The translations under genes and the position numbers were made by a program. Below are positions 19,259 through 29,451 of a DNA stretch of 64,000 bases, piece by piece. Numbering within the stretch: the first letter of the stretch is position 1; each line of letters starts with the position of its first letter. This DNA is from Candidatus Nomurabacteria bacterium (lineage in GTDB: Bacteria; Patescibacteriota; Minisyncoccia; Phycocordibacterales; UBA5272), in NCBI GenBank assembly GCA_037130925.1, contig JBAXSC010000001.1, positions 90,896 to 154,895 of the forward strand, read 5' to 3'. Below the pieces are notes generated by a model that ran no database searches, was not told where the DNA came from, and worked only from the letters and a program-made list of their open reading frames with translations.

Positions 19259-20674
19259 ATGAGAACTTTAATCAAAGATTTAAAAGAAAAAATTGAGTCA
19301 GAAGTCACAATTATGGCTTGGGTTGATGTGAGACGTGATCAAGGAAAATTAATTTTTCTAGACTTTAGAGATTTTTCTGGAAAAGTACAAGGTGTAGTTT
19401 TACCAAATGTTTCTGAAGAAGTAAAAGCTATCGCAGAAAAACTTCGTCCAGAATGGGTTGTAGAAATATCTGCAAAAGTTAATAAACGCCCAGAAAGAAA
19501 TATTAAAGAAGGTATTTTAAATGGTGATCTAGAATTAGAAGTTTTAAATATTAAAATTTTAAATGAGGCAGAGACTCCAGCTTTTGATATTTCTAGTGAT
19601 GGAAAAGAAATAAATGAAGAAATTCGTCTTGAGAAAAAATATCTCGACATGCGTCGCGCTAGAATTCAAAATAATCTTAGAATCAGAAGTAAAGTTCAAA
19701 ACTTTTTACGTAAAGAATTTTTAGAAAGAGATTTTGTTGAGGTGGAGACTCCTATTTTGACTAATCCAACTCCAGAAGGTGCTCGCAGTTATGTCGTACC
19801 AAGTCGTCTTTGGAAAGGAAATTTTTACGCTTTACCTCAAAGTCCTCAACAATATAAACAACTTCTCATGAGTGGAGGAATGGAAAGATATTTCCAATTT
19901 GCAAAATGTATGCGTGATGAAGATACTCGTGGCGATAGACAGCCAGAGTTTACTCAGCTCGATATTGAAATGAGTTTCGTTTCAGAAGAAGAAATTAGAA
20001 AAATAAATGAAGAAATTTTGATTAAAATGGTTAAAGAATTATTTCCTCATAAAAAGATTCAACAAATTCCATTCCCGACAATTACTTATAAAGAAGCAAT
20101 GGAAAAATACGGAAATGATAGACCGGATTTAAGAGAAGATAAAAATGACCCTGATCTTTTAGCATTTGAATGGGTAGTAGATTTTCCTTTCTTTGCAAAG
20201 ACTGCAGAAAGTGATGATCCAGAAGCAGAAGGTGAATGGACATTCACTCATAATCCATTTTCTCGTCCAAAAGAAGAGTATATGCAAGATTTGCATGATA
20301 AGAAAAATATTGGAGAAATTCAAACTCAACAATACGATATAATCATGAACGGATTTGAGCTTGGTGGTGGATCTGTTAGAAATCATAAAGCGGAAGATTT
20401 GAAAAAAGTTCTAGAAATTTTAGGACATGATGAAGAAAAAATCGAAGCAAATTTCGGACATATGCTCAGAGCGTTTAGAAGTGGAACACCTCCACACGGA
20501 GGAATAGCTTGGGGATTTGATAGATTGATAATGATATTACTTAATGAGCCAAATATTCGTGAAGTTATTGCATTTCCAAAAACAGGTGAAGGAAAAGATC
20601 TACTTATTCAGACACCTGCTCCAACAAGTGAAAAACATTTGAAAGAATTAGGAATAAAAATAGATATTAAATAA
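19259..20674 (+). CDS. aspS: aspartyl-tRNA synthetase (short form lacking the bacterial insertion domain)
   Basis: 471-aa ORF with an OB anticodon-binding N-domain and class II motifs (FRDEDTRGDRQPEFTQLDIEMSF, GGGSVRNH, GIAWGFDRL). Confidence 0.95.
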   Translation: MRTLIKDLKEKIESEVTIMAWVDVRRDQGKLIFLDFRDFSGKVQGVVLPNVSEEVKAIAEKLRPEWVVEISAKVNKRPERNIKEGILNGDLELEVLNIKILNEAETPAFDISSDGKEINEEIRLEKKYLDMRRARIQNNLRIRSKVQNFLRKEFLERDFVEVETPILTNPTPEGARSYVVPSRLWKGNFYALPQSPQQYKQLLMSGGMERYFQFAKCMRDEDTRGDRQPEFTQLDIEMSFVSEEEIRKINEEILIKMVKELFPHKKIQQIPFPTITYKEAMEKYGNDRPDLREDKNDPDLLAFEWVVDFPFFAKTAESDDPEAEGEWTFTHNPFSRPKEEYMQDLHDKKNIGEIQTQQYDIIMNGFELGGGSVRNHKAEDLKKVLEILGHDEEKIEANFGHMLRAFRSGTPPHGGIAWGFDRLIMILLNEPNIREVIAFPKTGEGKDLLIQTPAPTSEKHLKELGIKIDIK

Positions 20675-20690
20675 TATTTTTTTTAAAAAT

Positions 20691-20731
20691 AAAAACCCTA
20701 TTTTCTATAAAAATAGAAAATAGGGTTTTTT
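20691..20731. terminator. bidirectional intrinsic terminator
   Basis: aaaaaccctattttctat-aaa-aatagaaaatagggtttttt. Confidence 0.75.
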
Positions 20732-20738
20732 ATATTAT

Positions 20739-21162
20739 TTATTTTTTTATAAACAATATATAGGTTTCAGCATGATAGAAGTTATCTCTATCATCATTTT
20801 CGAAACTATCTATAGGATTTATTTTTTTATTCCTTTTCTTTGGAATAATCTCAGTACAAATTCCGTCATCCAGACAGTCTCCATTTTTACTTGAGTTAAA
20901 ATCACCTATGTATAGTTTATTTGGTTTTTTCCAGCAGAATAATTTTTTTCCTTCTAGTTTTTTGGCGTAAAAATTTACAACCTGAACTAAATTTACACTA
21001 TCTGCCATTTTCAATTTTTTCTTTTTTGCAAATAATACTAATTGCTTATAAGAAACTGATTTTTGGAAGTGGACTGCCACTAAACCTTTTCCTAATTTTT
21101 TTTTCTGTTTGTGCGAAAATAAACATAGGAAATAAAACTACAACTAAAAACATTTTTTTCAT
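20739..21162 (-). pseudogene. secreted small protein gene interrupted by a frameshift in an A9 tract
   Basis: The ATG at 21162 opens a signal peptide MKKMFLVVVLFPMFIFAQTEKK. The reading frame changes inside the A9 run (21096..21104) into the listed ORF 20739..21080. Removing one A gives a continuous ~136-aa protein. Confidence 0.55.
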
Positions 21163-21377
21163 TTTGTTAATTTTTAAAATTATGAATATTTATTTAGCGA
21201 TTTAAAAGATCGAAATCAATCTCTGAAATCACTAAACAAATAAAGATATTCTTAACAAAAAGATATATATTAAAGAGCTTTTATTTCTTTATACAATATA
21301 GCATATTATAAATATATTGTCAATATGTAAAAAAAAGACATCAAAAAACATGCTATAATCTAAATCCAAATAAATAT

Positions 21378-22796
21378 ATGATTAAAAAATTACCAATAAT
21401 AAAATCAATTTTCATTTTTGCTATACCGATACTTTTTGCAAATCTTATATCTTCTGGATATCAATTAGTAGACGCATTTTGGGTTGGAAGACTTGGCCCA
21501 CTCGCAGTAGCTGGTGTCGCGAATGCTGGGTCTATTATGTTTTTGATGATGTCTATCGGAATAGGATTCTCAATTGCTGGTGGAGCTTTGACTGCACAAT
21601 ATTTTGGAGCTAAAGATCAGAAAATGATAAATAAAACTTCTGCTCAGACAATACTTGCTTCTGTTTTAGCTTCTATAATTTTAAGTTTAATAGCTTTCTT
21701 TTCTTTAAAACCTTTCTTTAGATTGATAGATGTGCCAAGTGATGTATTACCTTATGCTCTTTCTTTTGCAAAAGTTGCATTGATTGGTACTGTATTTAAT
21801 TTTGCTTTTATGATGTTTCAATCAGTAATGAGACCAATAGGTGAAATGAAAACTCCTATTTATATAGGTTTACTTTCTGTAGCTTTAAATTTCTTCTTTG
21901 ATCCATTTTTTATTTTTGGATTTCATTCTATTCCAGCTATGGGTGTATCTGGTGCTGCAATGGCGACAATTGTCACACAAAGTATTGCGGCAGCTATCGG
22001 ATTTTATATTTTATTTAATGGTAAACATGGAATTAAATTACATTTAAAAGATTTTATTCCTGATTTTAGTTTTATAAAAAGAACTTTCTTTTTAGGTTTT
22101 CCAGGATCAATAGAAATGGGCTCAAGATCATTTTCTGCTGTGATATTAATGTTTTTGGTTAATATTTTCGGTGGTACAGCTATTGCAGCATATGGAGTAG
22201 GAGGAAATGTATTCATGCTAACTACAATGATGCCTTGTATGGCATTTTCTATTGCTGTATCAATATTAGTTGGACATAAACTCGGTGCTGGAGATAAAAA
22301 GTCTGCCAGAGAAGTTGCAAATCTTGGAATGATTTTAACTTTTGTAGTTGTAGCTTTCTTTTCAGCTTTCTCATTTGTTTTTGCAAAGAATCTTTTACAA
22401 TTTTTCATTCCAAATGACAGTTCTGTTTTAGAACTCGGAATTTTTTATTTGAGAGTTATTGCTTTAGCTGCCCCTCTTATATCTCTACAATTTTCTGCTT
22501 CTGCAATTTTGAGAGCGTCTGGGAATATGGTGTCCAGTATGATGGTTTCCCTTATTTCTATTTGGGCATTACAAGTACCTATCGCAATTTATCTTTCTAA
22601 GTATGCTGGATATGGAGTAAAGGGTGTATATATATCTGGACTATTCTCATCATTATTAATAGGAATATTTATTATCTTTTATTTAAAATATAAGAAATGG
22701 GAAAATAAAGATTTAATAAAAAGAAATACAGAAAAGATCGAAGAAAATTTAAAGAAAGATATAGAAGAAGAAATGATGATAGGCGTGGCGAGATAA
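21378..22796 (+). CDS. MATE family multidrug/sodium efflux transporter
   Basis: 472-aa ORF with a 12-TM profile and a MatE-like N-terminus (LFANLISSGYQLVDAFWVGRLG). Confidence 0.85.
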   Translation: MIKKLPIIKSIFIFAIPILFANLISSGYQLVDAFWVGRLGPLAVAGVANAGSIMFLMMSIGIGFSIAGGALTAQYFGAKDQKMINKTSAQTILASVLASIILSLIAFFSLKPFFRLIDVPSDVLPYALSFAKVALIGTVFNFAFMMFQSVMRPIGEMKTPIYIGLLSVALNFFFDPFFIFGFHSIPAMGVSGAAMATIVTQSIAAAIGFYILFNGKHGIKLHLKDFIPDFSFIKRTFFLGFPGSIEMGSRSFSAVILMFLVNIFGGTAIAAYGVGGNVFMLTTMMPCMAFSIAVSILVGHKLGAGDKKSAREVANLGMILTFVVVAFFSAFSFVFAKNLLQFFIPNDSSVLELGIFYLRVIALAAPLISLQFSASAILRASGNMVSSMMVSLISIWALQVPIAIYLSKYAGYGVKGVYISGLFSSLLIGIFIIFYLKYKKWENKDLIKRNTEKIEENLKKDIEEEMMIGVAR

Positions 22797-22910
22797 AAAG
22801 TTAGAAGAAAAATAAAAACATAAAAGTTATAAAATATTTTTATGTTTTTTAAATTTTATTAAAAATTCAATCAATTTAGCGTGTTATAATATTAATATAA
22901 AAAACTATTT

Positions 22911-24614
22911 ATGCAAGGTTTCCAAGAGCTGACTCTAATTATTTTAATAGCTAGTGTAGTATCTGTTTTTATTCATTATATTCGCCAACCACTCATTGTG
23001 GGGTATGTGATATCTGGAGTATTGGCTGGTCATTATTTTTTTAATATTATAAGTAATCCTGGTGATTTAGAACTATTTTCTAAAATGGGTATTGTTATCT
23101 TACTATTTACCATTGGTCTTAATTTGAATCCGGGAACATTAAAAGAAGTGGGAAGAGATTCATCTGTAGGGGCATTATTGCAAGTATTTGTTTCTAGTAT
23201 TTTCGGTTTTGTATTGTCTCATTTCATTTTGCATTTTAATGTTTTGACATCTGTATTTGTTGGAGTCGCTTTAGCTTTTTCTTCGACTATAGTTGTAATG
23301 AAGATTCTTTCTGATCAGGGGCATACTGATAAGCTTTTTAGTAAAATATCTGTTGGTATTTTATTGATACAGGATATTTTATCTGCAATCTTGCTTGTGG
23401 TTTTGGCAATGGTAAATGAAAGTAACTATGGCGTCGTCAACGCTCCCAGATCTGCTCTTTTAGCTACCTTTGCAGTAAAAATAATTATACTTTTGATAAT
23501 TTATTTTATTTTAAGAAAATTTGTTTTACAAAAATCTATTTATTTTTTTTCAGCATCTCAAGAAGCTTTATTACTTTTCGGCCTAAGCGCTGGTTTTACA
23601 ATGGCTTATTTATTTTATAAATTTGGATTATCTTTAGAAATCGGAGCTCTTTTTGCTGGAGTAGCTTTGTCTTCATCAACTTTTGCAAAAGAAATTTCAA
23701 GCCGTATGAAGCCTATTCAAGACTTTTTTATTGCTATGTTTTTCGTTTTGCTTGGAGCAAATCTAATAGTGGATAATTTGTCAGGAGTTGTTTCTCAAAT
23801 ATTTTTACTTGTTTTATTTGTTGTAGTATTCAAGTTGGTAGTTGTATTTTTAGTAATGAATTTCTTAGGACATAGAACAAGAACGAGTTTTTATACTGCA
23901 GTGTCTTTGACTCAACTTTCTGAATTTTCATTGATAGCACTTACTTTAATATCAGCTATGGGATTATTAGATAAAAATATTGTTTCTATTATGACTGTTG
24001 TGGCAATGATATCTATAGCCATATCTGCATATATGATGATTTATTTGGATGAAGTTTATGTCTTTTTAAGAAAAATTTTAAAGAAATTAGAAATTAGAAA
24101 AAATAATTTTTCTACATTAAAAACAGAGGCTAAAGATTTAGATTTGGTAATTTTTGGATTCCATAGAATAGGTAAAGAATTGGTTTATGTTTTTAAAAGA
24201 TTGAATTATAAATTCTTGATAATAGATCTTAATCCAGAGTCTGTAAAAGACGGTATAGAAATGGGAGGGGAGGCTATATATGGAGATGCTGAAGATTTTG
24301 GTTTCTTGGAAGAGAATCATATTCTTGAAAGTAATACTATTATTTCTACTATCCCAAGCCTTAAATCAAATTTATTTTTAGTCGAATCTTATAGAAAGAA
24401 AAATAAAGAAGGAAGAATAGTTGTGGTGGCACATGATTTTGGTCAAGCTAAGATACTTTACGCTGCAGGAGCGACCTATGTTTTGATTCCTTATTTGTTT
24501 GGAGCAAGAGAAGCAGCAGAAATGCTTTTGAAAACAAGACATAATCCAGAAATTTTTGAACAAGAAAGAGAGTTGCAATTTAGATCAATGCAAGAAATTT
24601 CAGAAGAGGAATAA
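22911..24614 (+). CDS. monovalent cation:proton antiporter (CPA2, Kef-type) with C-terminal TrkA-N/RCK-like domain
   Basis: 567-aa ORF with a Na_H exchanger-like membrane domain and a Rossmann-like C-terminal domain (LVIFGFHRIGKEL). Confidence 0.8.
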   Translation: MQGFQELTLIILIASVVSVFIHYIRQPLIVGYVISGVLAGHYFFNIISNPGDLELFSKMGIVILLFTIGLNLNPGTLKEVGRDSSVGALLQVFVSSIFGFVLSHFILHFNVLTSVFVGVALAFSSTIVVMKILSDQGHTDKLFSKISVGILLIQDILSAILLVVLAMVNESNYGVVNAPRSALLATFAVKIIILLIIYFILRKFVLQKSIYFFSASQEALLLFGLSAGFTMAYLFYKFGLSLEIGALFAGVALSSSTFAKEISSRMKPIQDFFIAMFFVLLGANLIVDNLSGVVSQIFLLVLFVVVFKLVVVFLVMNFLGHRTRTSFYTAVSLTQLSEFSLIALTLISAMGLLDKNIVSIMTVVAMISIAISAYMMIYLDEVYVFLRKILKKLEIRKNNFSTLKTEAKDLDLVIFGFHRIGKELVYVFKRLNYKFLIIDLNPESVKDGIEMGGEAIYGDAEDFGFLEENHILESNTIISTIPSLKSNLFLVESYRKKNKEGRIVVVAHDFGQAKILYAAGATYVLIPYLFGAREAAEMLLKTRHNPEIFEQERELQFRSMQEISEEE

Positions 24615-24624
24615 AAACTAAATC

Positions 24625-26412
24625 ATGCAAGAAGTTAAAGAACAAAAAAAAATAAAAGAAATATTTAAAGATCAAATAGAAAAAAAGATTGATAATTTGA
24701 TGAATAATAAAATTTCTCCAGAAAATATTTTTAATTTTTATGATGATTTTTTAAATGGACTTATAAATATTTCAGACGAAGTTTTAAATAAATACATAAA
24801 ACAAACTCGTGTACCAAATAAATCAGATAGAGAAAAAGGGTTACAAGAAGATGAAGCTTTTAAATACTTTAGTATTAATTCTATCGGAGAAACTATTGAC
24901 TCAATGTCTGAAATTGTAGAAAAAAGAGAAGAAAGACTGAAAGAGATTATAAATGAAATATCAGAAAGGTCTAGTATTGATAGGAAAATTTTTGTTCCTC
25001 CGACTAAAGAAGATAAATTTTTAGTAATGCCTGGAAAGAGTGAATGGAAAGAAAGTGGTTATGTTTCTAGACTTTTAACTTTGATATATATATTGGAAAA
25101 TGATTTAGATTTAAAACTAAAAGATAATAAAGATATTACTATTAATCAAGGAGTTAATAGTAAGGAGATGATAAGAAAAGAGTCTTATATAAGAGTTTGT
25201 ATTCCAGAATTAAACAGAATAATTTACATATGTAATGAAGAAGGTAATGCTAGTTTTGTATTTGATGAAAAAATAGTAAAAGAAAATAATATTTCTGTAA
25301 TTGATTTAGACGCTTATAGCAAAATTAATTTCAACGATCTTATAGAAAAAAATAAAGATATAGGGATTAAAATAATACAAAGTAAACACTGGAGAGAAAG
25401 AATGCTTACAGCTTTAACAAAAAAAATTTCAGAATTTGAAAAACAAAAATCTGAAATGAAACCAGATTTAGAAGGTAAAGAGAAAGTTCCATTAAAAAAA
25501 GAAGGATGGGAAAGTGCTTTTTCTTTGTTTAAAATTACAAATCTTAAACAAAATTGGATCGAAGATTTTGTAGAAAAATATCGCATTAATCATTCAGAAT
25601 GGTTTGAAATTCAAAGAGTTAGGGGATATGCTGTTGAGCATTATTCACCTGATTTGATTTCTATTATTAAAAAATATCAAGAAGATAATCGTGGTAAGTT
25701 TACTTCAGATTTAAAATTAAAAGGATGGAAAGAACAAACTTTTATTTACAAAAAATTAAAACTTCAATATAGATCATTTAACAGATTGGCAGAAAAATAT
25801 CGTATTGATAATCCTGACTGGTTTGAAACTCCTATCGATTCTAAAATTGAATTATATAGTGAAGATTTTTTAAAAAAGATTACAGAAGATGTTAATGCTC
25901 AAAAGGATTATGTTTTAAAGTTTCCTTTTAATAAGTCTGGATGGAATAGACCTCAATTTTTAGCAGGAAAAACAGGTGAATTTGGTAATACAATTATTGA
26001 TCTAGCTAATAAATTAGGAGCAAATAATCCGGAATGGTTTGAAAAGCAATATTTTTTTAGCGCTAATGATTTAAAACATAAAAATCCATTATTAGGTATT
26101 TTTTATCATCCTGATTTATCTAAAAAAATTGAGGATTATATAAAAGATAAAAATTTAAAGATGGAAAATATACCAGAAACAAAAAATGGCTGGATTAATG
26201 CTTATAATTTGTCAAAAATATTAGAAAAATACAAAGTTAGTGTTGAGAGAATTAAAAAATTTGCTGAAAATTATCGCAGTACTCATTTAGAATGGTTTGA
26301 AGATCAAAAAAAACCTGTTTTAAAGAAAGGGAAAAAAATATATGTAAATTATTCTGAACACTATCATCCTGATTTGGTAAGATTAATAGAAGAACAGTTT
26401 ATTAAAAAATAG
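24625..26412 (+). CDS. hypothetical protein with four ~75-aa tandem repeats (GW...WFE...Y[HS]PDL)
   Basis: 595-aa ORF. Its C-terminal half contains four repeats marked by HSEWFE, NPDWFE, NPEWFE and HLEWFE, each ending in HYSPDL, LYSEDF, FYHPDL or HYHPDL. Confidence 0.6.
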   Translation: MQEVKEQKKIKEIFKDQIEKKIDNLMNNKISPENIFNFYDDFLNGLINISDEVLNKYIKQTRVPNKSDREKGLQEDEAFKYFSINSIGETIDSMSEIVEKREERLKEIINEISERSSIDRKIFVPPTKEDKFLVMPGKSEWKESGYVSRLLTLIYILENDLDLKLKDNKDITINQGVNSKEMIRKESYIRVCIPELNRIIYICNEEGNASFVFDEKIVKENNISVIDLDAYSKINFNDLIEKNKDIGIKIIQSKHWRERMLTALTKKISEFEKQKSEMKPDLEGKEKVPLKKEGWESAFSLFKITNLKQNWIEDFVEKYRINHSEWFEIQRVRGYAVEHYSPDLISIIKKYQEDNRGKFTSDLKLKGWKEQTFIYKKLKLQYRSFNRLAEKYRIDNPDWFETPIDSKIELYSEDFLKKITEDVNAQKDYVLKFPFNKSGWNRPQFLAGKTGEFGNTIIDLANKLGANNPEWFEKQYFFSANDLKHKNPLLGIFYHPDLSKKIEDYIKDKNLKMENIPETKNGWINAYNLSKILEKYKVSVERIKKFAENYRSTHLEWFEDQKKPVLKKGKKIYVNYSEHYHPDLVRLIEEQFIKK

Positions 26413-26452
26413 ATATTAATTTAATGTTATAATTTATTTAGAAAAAATAATT

Positions 26453-28282
26453 ATGTCAGAAATAAATGATCCAAATAAAATTACATATCTTGCAAGTATA
26501 GATCATCGCAACAAGATGATTAAATTTGGCATTAAAGCAAAAGATAGAACAAAGCATACATATATCATTGGTAAATCTGGTATGGGTAAATCTACTTTGC
26601 TTGAAAACATGGTCATACAAGACATTCAAAATGGTGAAGGGGTGGCTTTTATGGATCCACACGGAGGTAGTGCAGAAATGATTTTACATTTTGTGCCAGA
26701 AGAAAGAAAAAAAGATGTGATTTATTTTGCACCTTTTGATACTGAATTTCCGATAGCTTTAAATATTCTAGAAAAAGTAGATATTTCAAAGAGACACCTT
26801 GTAGCAAACGGATTGATGGCTGCTTTTAAAAAGATTTTTGGTGAAGACAAATTCTCAGATAGAATGCAATATATTTTAAATAACATTATTTTGTCTTTGC
26901 TTGAAAATGATAATGAGACATTGCTTGGTATCAATCGTATGCTTTCTGATAAAGAATACAGAAAGAAAATTATAGAAAATGTAAAAGATCCTTCAATTAG
27001 ATCTTTTTGGCTTGAAGAATTTGCAAAAGCTGGAGAAAAATATCAACAAGAAGCTGCGCCTGGAATTCAAAATAAAATTGGACAATTTACTTCTAATCCT
27101 TTAATTAGAAATATTATCGGACAAAAGAGAACGAGTTTTGATATACGTGACATTATGGATAATAAGAAAATTCTAATTATAAATCTTTCAAAAGGAAAGA
27201 TGGGAGAAGGTAATGCAAATCTTATTGGATCACTTTTAATTACTAAAATATATTTAGCGGCTATGGGTCGTGCTGACGTAGATCATTCTGAGTTAAAAAA
27301 TTTACCTCCATTTTATTTTTATGTAGATGAATTTCAAAACTTTGCAAATGAAAGTTTCGCAGATATTTTATCTGAAGCCAGAAAATATCAATTAGCTCTC
27401 ACTGTAGCGCATCAATATACAGAGCAAATGACAGATGAGGTTAGAGCTGCTATTTTTGGTAATGTTGGTACTATGATTACTTTTAGAGTTGGAGCAACAG
27501 ATGCTGAAATATTTGAAAAAGAATTCGCGCCAGTATTTACTGCTGATGATATTGTAAATTTATCAGCATATCAGGTATATTTGCGTCTCATGATCGATAA
27601 TGTCGGCTCTAAGCCTTTTTCTGCTAAATGTCTTCCTCCTATAGAAAAACCTCAAATATCATATGCAGAAGAGATTATAGAGCTTTCAAGACATGCTTAT
27701 GGTAAGTCTAAAGATATCGTAGAGCAAGAAGTTCAAGATTGGTATACTCCTCCTCAAAAAAATGAACCAAAGACTGAAATTGTCCATAATTACGTAGTTT
27801 CTACAACTCCTGTAGAAAGAAAAAATGAAAATAATTATTATGGGTTTCAACAAAATAATAATCAAAATCCTAACAGTTTTCAATCAAAAGGACATGTTAG
27901 GTCACGTCATGATAATTTCAAAAAAGAAAGAGATATAAAAGATGTAAATTTGTCTGAAGTTCGTAAAGAAGTAGAAAAAGTAAAAACAGAAGGAACAGTT
28001 CAAAATACATCTTTGAAAGATGCTTTAGCGAAAGCGATGAATGAAGAAAAGAATCGTAAAGAAATATCTTCTTCTGATAATAAAGTTATTAATACTATTG
28101 CAGTAGAAAAAGTTGAAAATAAAATAGAAAATAATGAAGAGAAAAAGCAGCAAAATTTTATAAAGGAAAATTTTAAATCTGGTTCAGAAATAGATAAAAA
28201 ATTAGAAGAAAAAATAGAGCAAGAGAAGAGAGAGATAAAAGAGATATCAGAGAAAGTGTTAAGAGATCTGGTAGAAGAGTAA
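26453..28282 (+). CDS. P-loop ATPase, TraD/VirD4 (type IV coupling protein)-like DNA-binding family, no TM anchor
   Basis: 609-aa ORF with Walker A IIGKSGMGKSTL and Walker B FYFYVDEFQNFA. It has a low-complexity K/E/N-rich C-terminal tail. Confidence 0.65.
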   Translation: MSEINDPNKITYLASIDHRNKMIKFGIKAKDRTKHTYIIGKSGMGKSTLLENMVIQDIQNGEGVAFMDPHGGSAEMILHFVPEERKKDVIYFAPFDTEFPIALNILEKVDISKRHLVANGLMAAFKKIFGEDKFSDRMQYILNNIILSLLENDNETLLGINRMLSDKEYRKKIIENVKDPSIRSFWLEEFAKAGEKYQQEAAPGIQNKIGQFTSNPLIRNIIGQKRTSFDIRDIMDNKKILIINLSKGKMGEGNANLIGSLLITKIYLAAMGRADVDHSELKNLPPFYFYVDEFQNFANESFADILSEARKYQLALTVAHQYTEQMTDEVRAAIFGNVGTMITFRVGATDAEIFEKEFAPVFTADDIVNLSAYQVYLRLMIDNVGSKPFSAKCLPPIEKPQISYAEEIIELSRHAYGKSKDIVEQEVQDWYTPPQKNEPKTEIVHNYVVSTTPVERKNENNYYGFQQNNNQNPNSFQSKGHVRSRHDNFKKERDIKDVNLSEVRKEVEKVKTEGTVQNTSLKDALAKAMNEEKNRKEISSSDNKVINTIAVEKVENKIENNEEKKQQNFIKENFKSGSEIDKKLEEKIEQEKREIKEISEKVLRDLVEE

Positions 28283-28339
28283 TATTTTATAATCATTTTG
28301 TAAAATGATTATTTTGTGTTATAATTTTAACACAATTTT

Positions 28340-28414
28340 GGCCTCATCGTCTAACGGTTAGGACAGATCCCTTTCACGGATCAAATCGGGGTTCGATTCC
28401 CCGTGAGGTCACCA
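28340..28414 (+). tRNA. tRNA-Glu (TTC), CCA encoded
   Basis: ggcctcatcgtctaacggttaggacagatccCTTTCACggatc...ccccgtgaggtcacca. An upstream TTGTAA-16-TATAAT promoter is present. Confidence 0.9.
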
Positions 28415-28473
28415 AATTTGTTTGTTATGATATAATTTTCTTATTAATTAAGATTATTTATTAATATTTAAAT

Positions 28474-28947
28474 ATGACATCAAAAAACAATAGATTAGAA
28501 AATGGGTTAGAAAATAAAGAAGGTAAAGAAAATGGAAATGAAAAGAATTTAAATATTATTTTAGATAATATTAAAGAAAGCTTGGAAAATTTAGATAAGG
28601 TAAAAGATGAATCTGATAATTTATTTTCTATTGTAGTAGAAGAACTTTCTAAAGATGGGATAGATTTGCCTAATGAAAAAATTAAAGATATCAGATTTTC
28701 AAATATAAATAACGAAGATTTTTTCATAGTTTCTTTTGATAATTCTATAACAATGATGTTTAGTAATACTAGTAAAGATATTTTGACCAAAATAAAAGGT
28801 GAACAATATTTTATTGTAGGAAATGAAGCTGAAGAATACAGAGATAAATATTATAATTATTTATTAAAATTTTTAGAAAAAAGAAAAGAGATACTAAAAA
28901 GTAAATCCCTCTTAGCAAAAACTAGATTAGAGAGACTTGGAATATAG
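28474..28947 (+). CDS. hypothetical protein
   Basis: 157-aa ORF, preferred over the overlapping low-complexity antisense ORF 28461..28790. Confidence 0.45.
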   Translation: MTSKNNRLENGLENKEGKENGNEKNLNIILDNIKESLENLDKVKDESDNLFSIVVEELSKDGIDLPNEKIKDIRFSNINNEDFFIVSFDNSITMMFSNTSKDILTKIKGEQYFIVGNEAEEYRDKYYNYLLKFLEKRKEILKSKSLLAKTRLERLGI

Positions 28948-28952
28948 TTGAA

Positions 28953-29273
28953 TTATAATTTCTTAATATGGTCAGCGATATATACGGCTATACCTCCAGG
29001 AATTATACTGATAATAAAAGATAGTAAAATAGATAATCCGTTTGTTATAGACATACTGCTTGATAGTGCTATATTCATAGTATGACTTATTGCTGGAATT
29101 AAATCTCCTGCAAGATTTAAAATATATCCTATTGCAAATCCTCCAAAAGCTCCGATAAATGTATCTCCCCAAAATCCAAATCTTTTTTTATTATCAAGTA
29201 GACCGACAATATTTCCACCGATTGCCCCATAAATAAAGTAGGGTATTATTGCTGTAATTATTATTAATAACAT
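28953..29273 (-). CDS. GlsB/YeaQ/YmgE-like small membrane protein
   Basis: 106-aa ORF with Gly-rich TM helices (FWGDTFIGAFGGFAIGYILN). Confidence 0.5.
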   Translation of the reverse strand: MLLIIITAIIPYFIYGAIGGNIVGLLDNKKRFGFWGDTFIGAFGGFAIGYILNLAGDLIPAISHTMNIALSSSMSITNGLSILLSFIISIIPGGIAVYIADHIKKL

Positions 29274-29340
29274 AAATATTTTTATATAGTTAAAATTATA
29301 TCATGTAAATAATTTATTTTTCTGTTAAAATATTATAAAC

Positions 29341-29430
29341 GGAAATGTGGCTGAGTTGGTTTAAGGCACCGCACTCGAAACGCGGCGAGGGGATTTATCT
29401 CCTTCGAGAGTTCGAATCTCTCCATTTCCG
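29341..29430 (+). tRNA. tRNA-Ser (CGA), long variable arm
   Basis: 90-nt type II tRNA with acceptor ggaaatg/catttcc, anticodon loop ctCGAaa, an extended variable arm and discriminator G. Confidence 0.8.
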
Positions 29431-29451
29431 CAAAAATGCTATAATCATATT

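Noticed and set aside
28461-28790. Minus-strand 109-aa ORF overlapping 28474..28947.
   Set aside because: Its translation is low-complexity S/L/F-rich and it lies antisense to a longer ORF with a more protein-like composition. The plus-strand ORF also follows the tRNA-Glu transcription direction.
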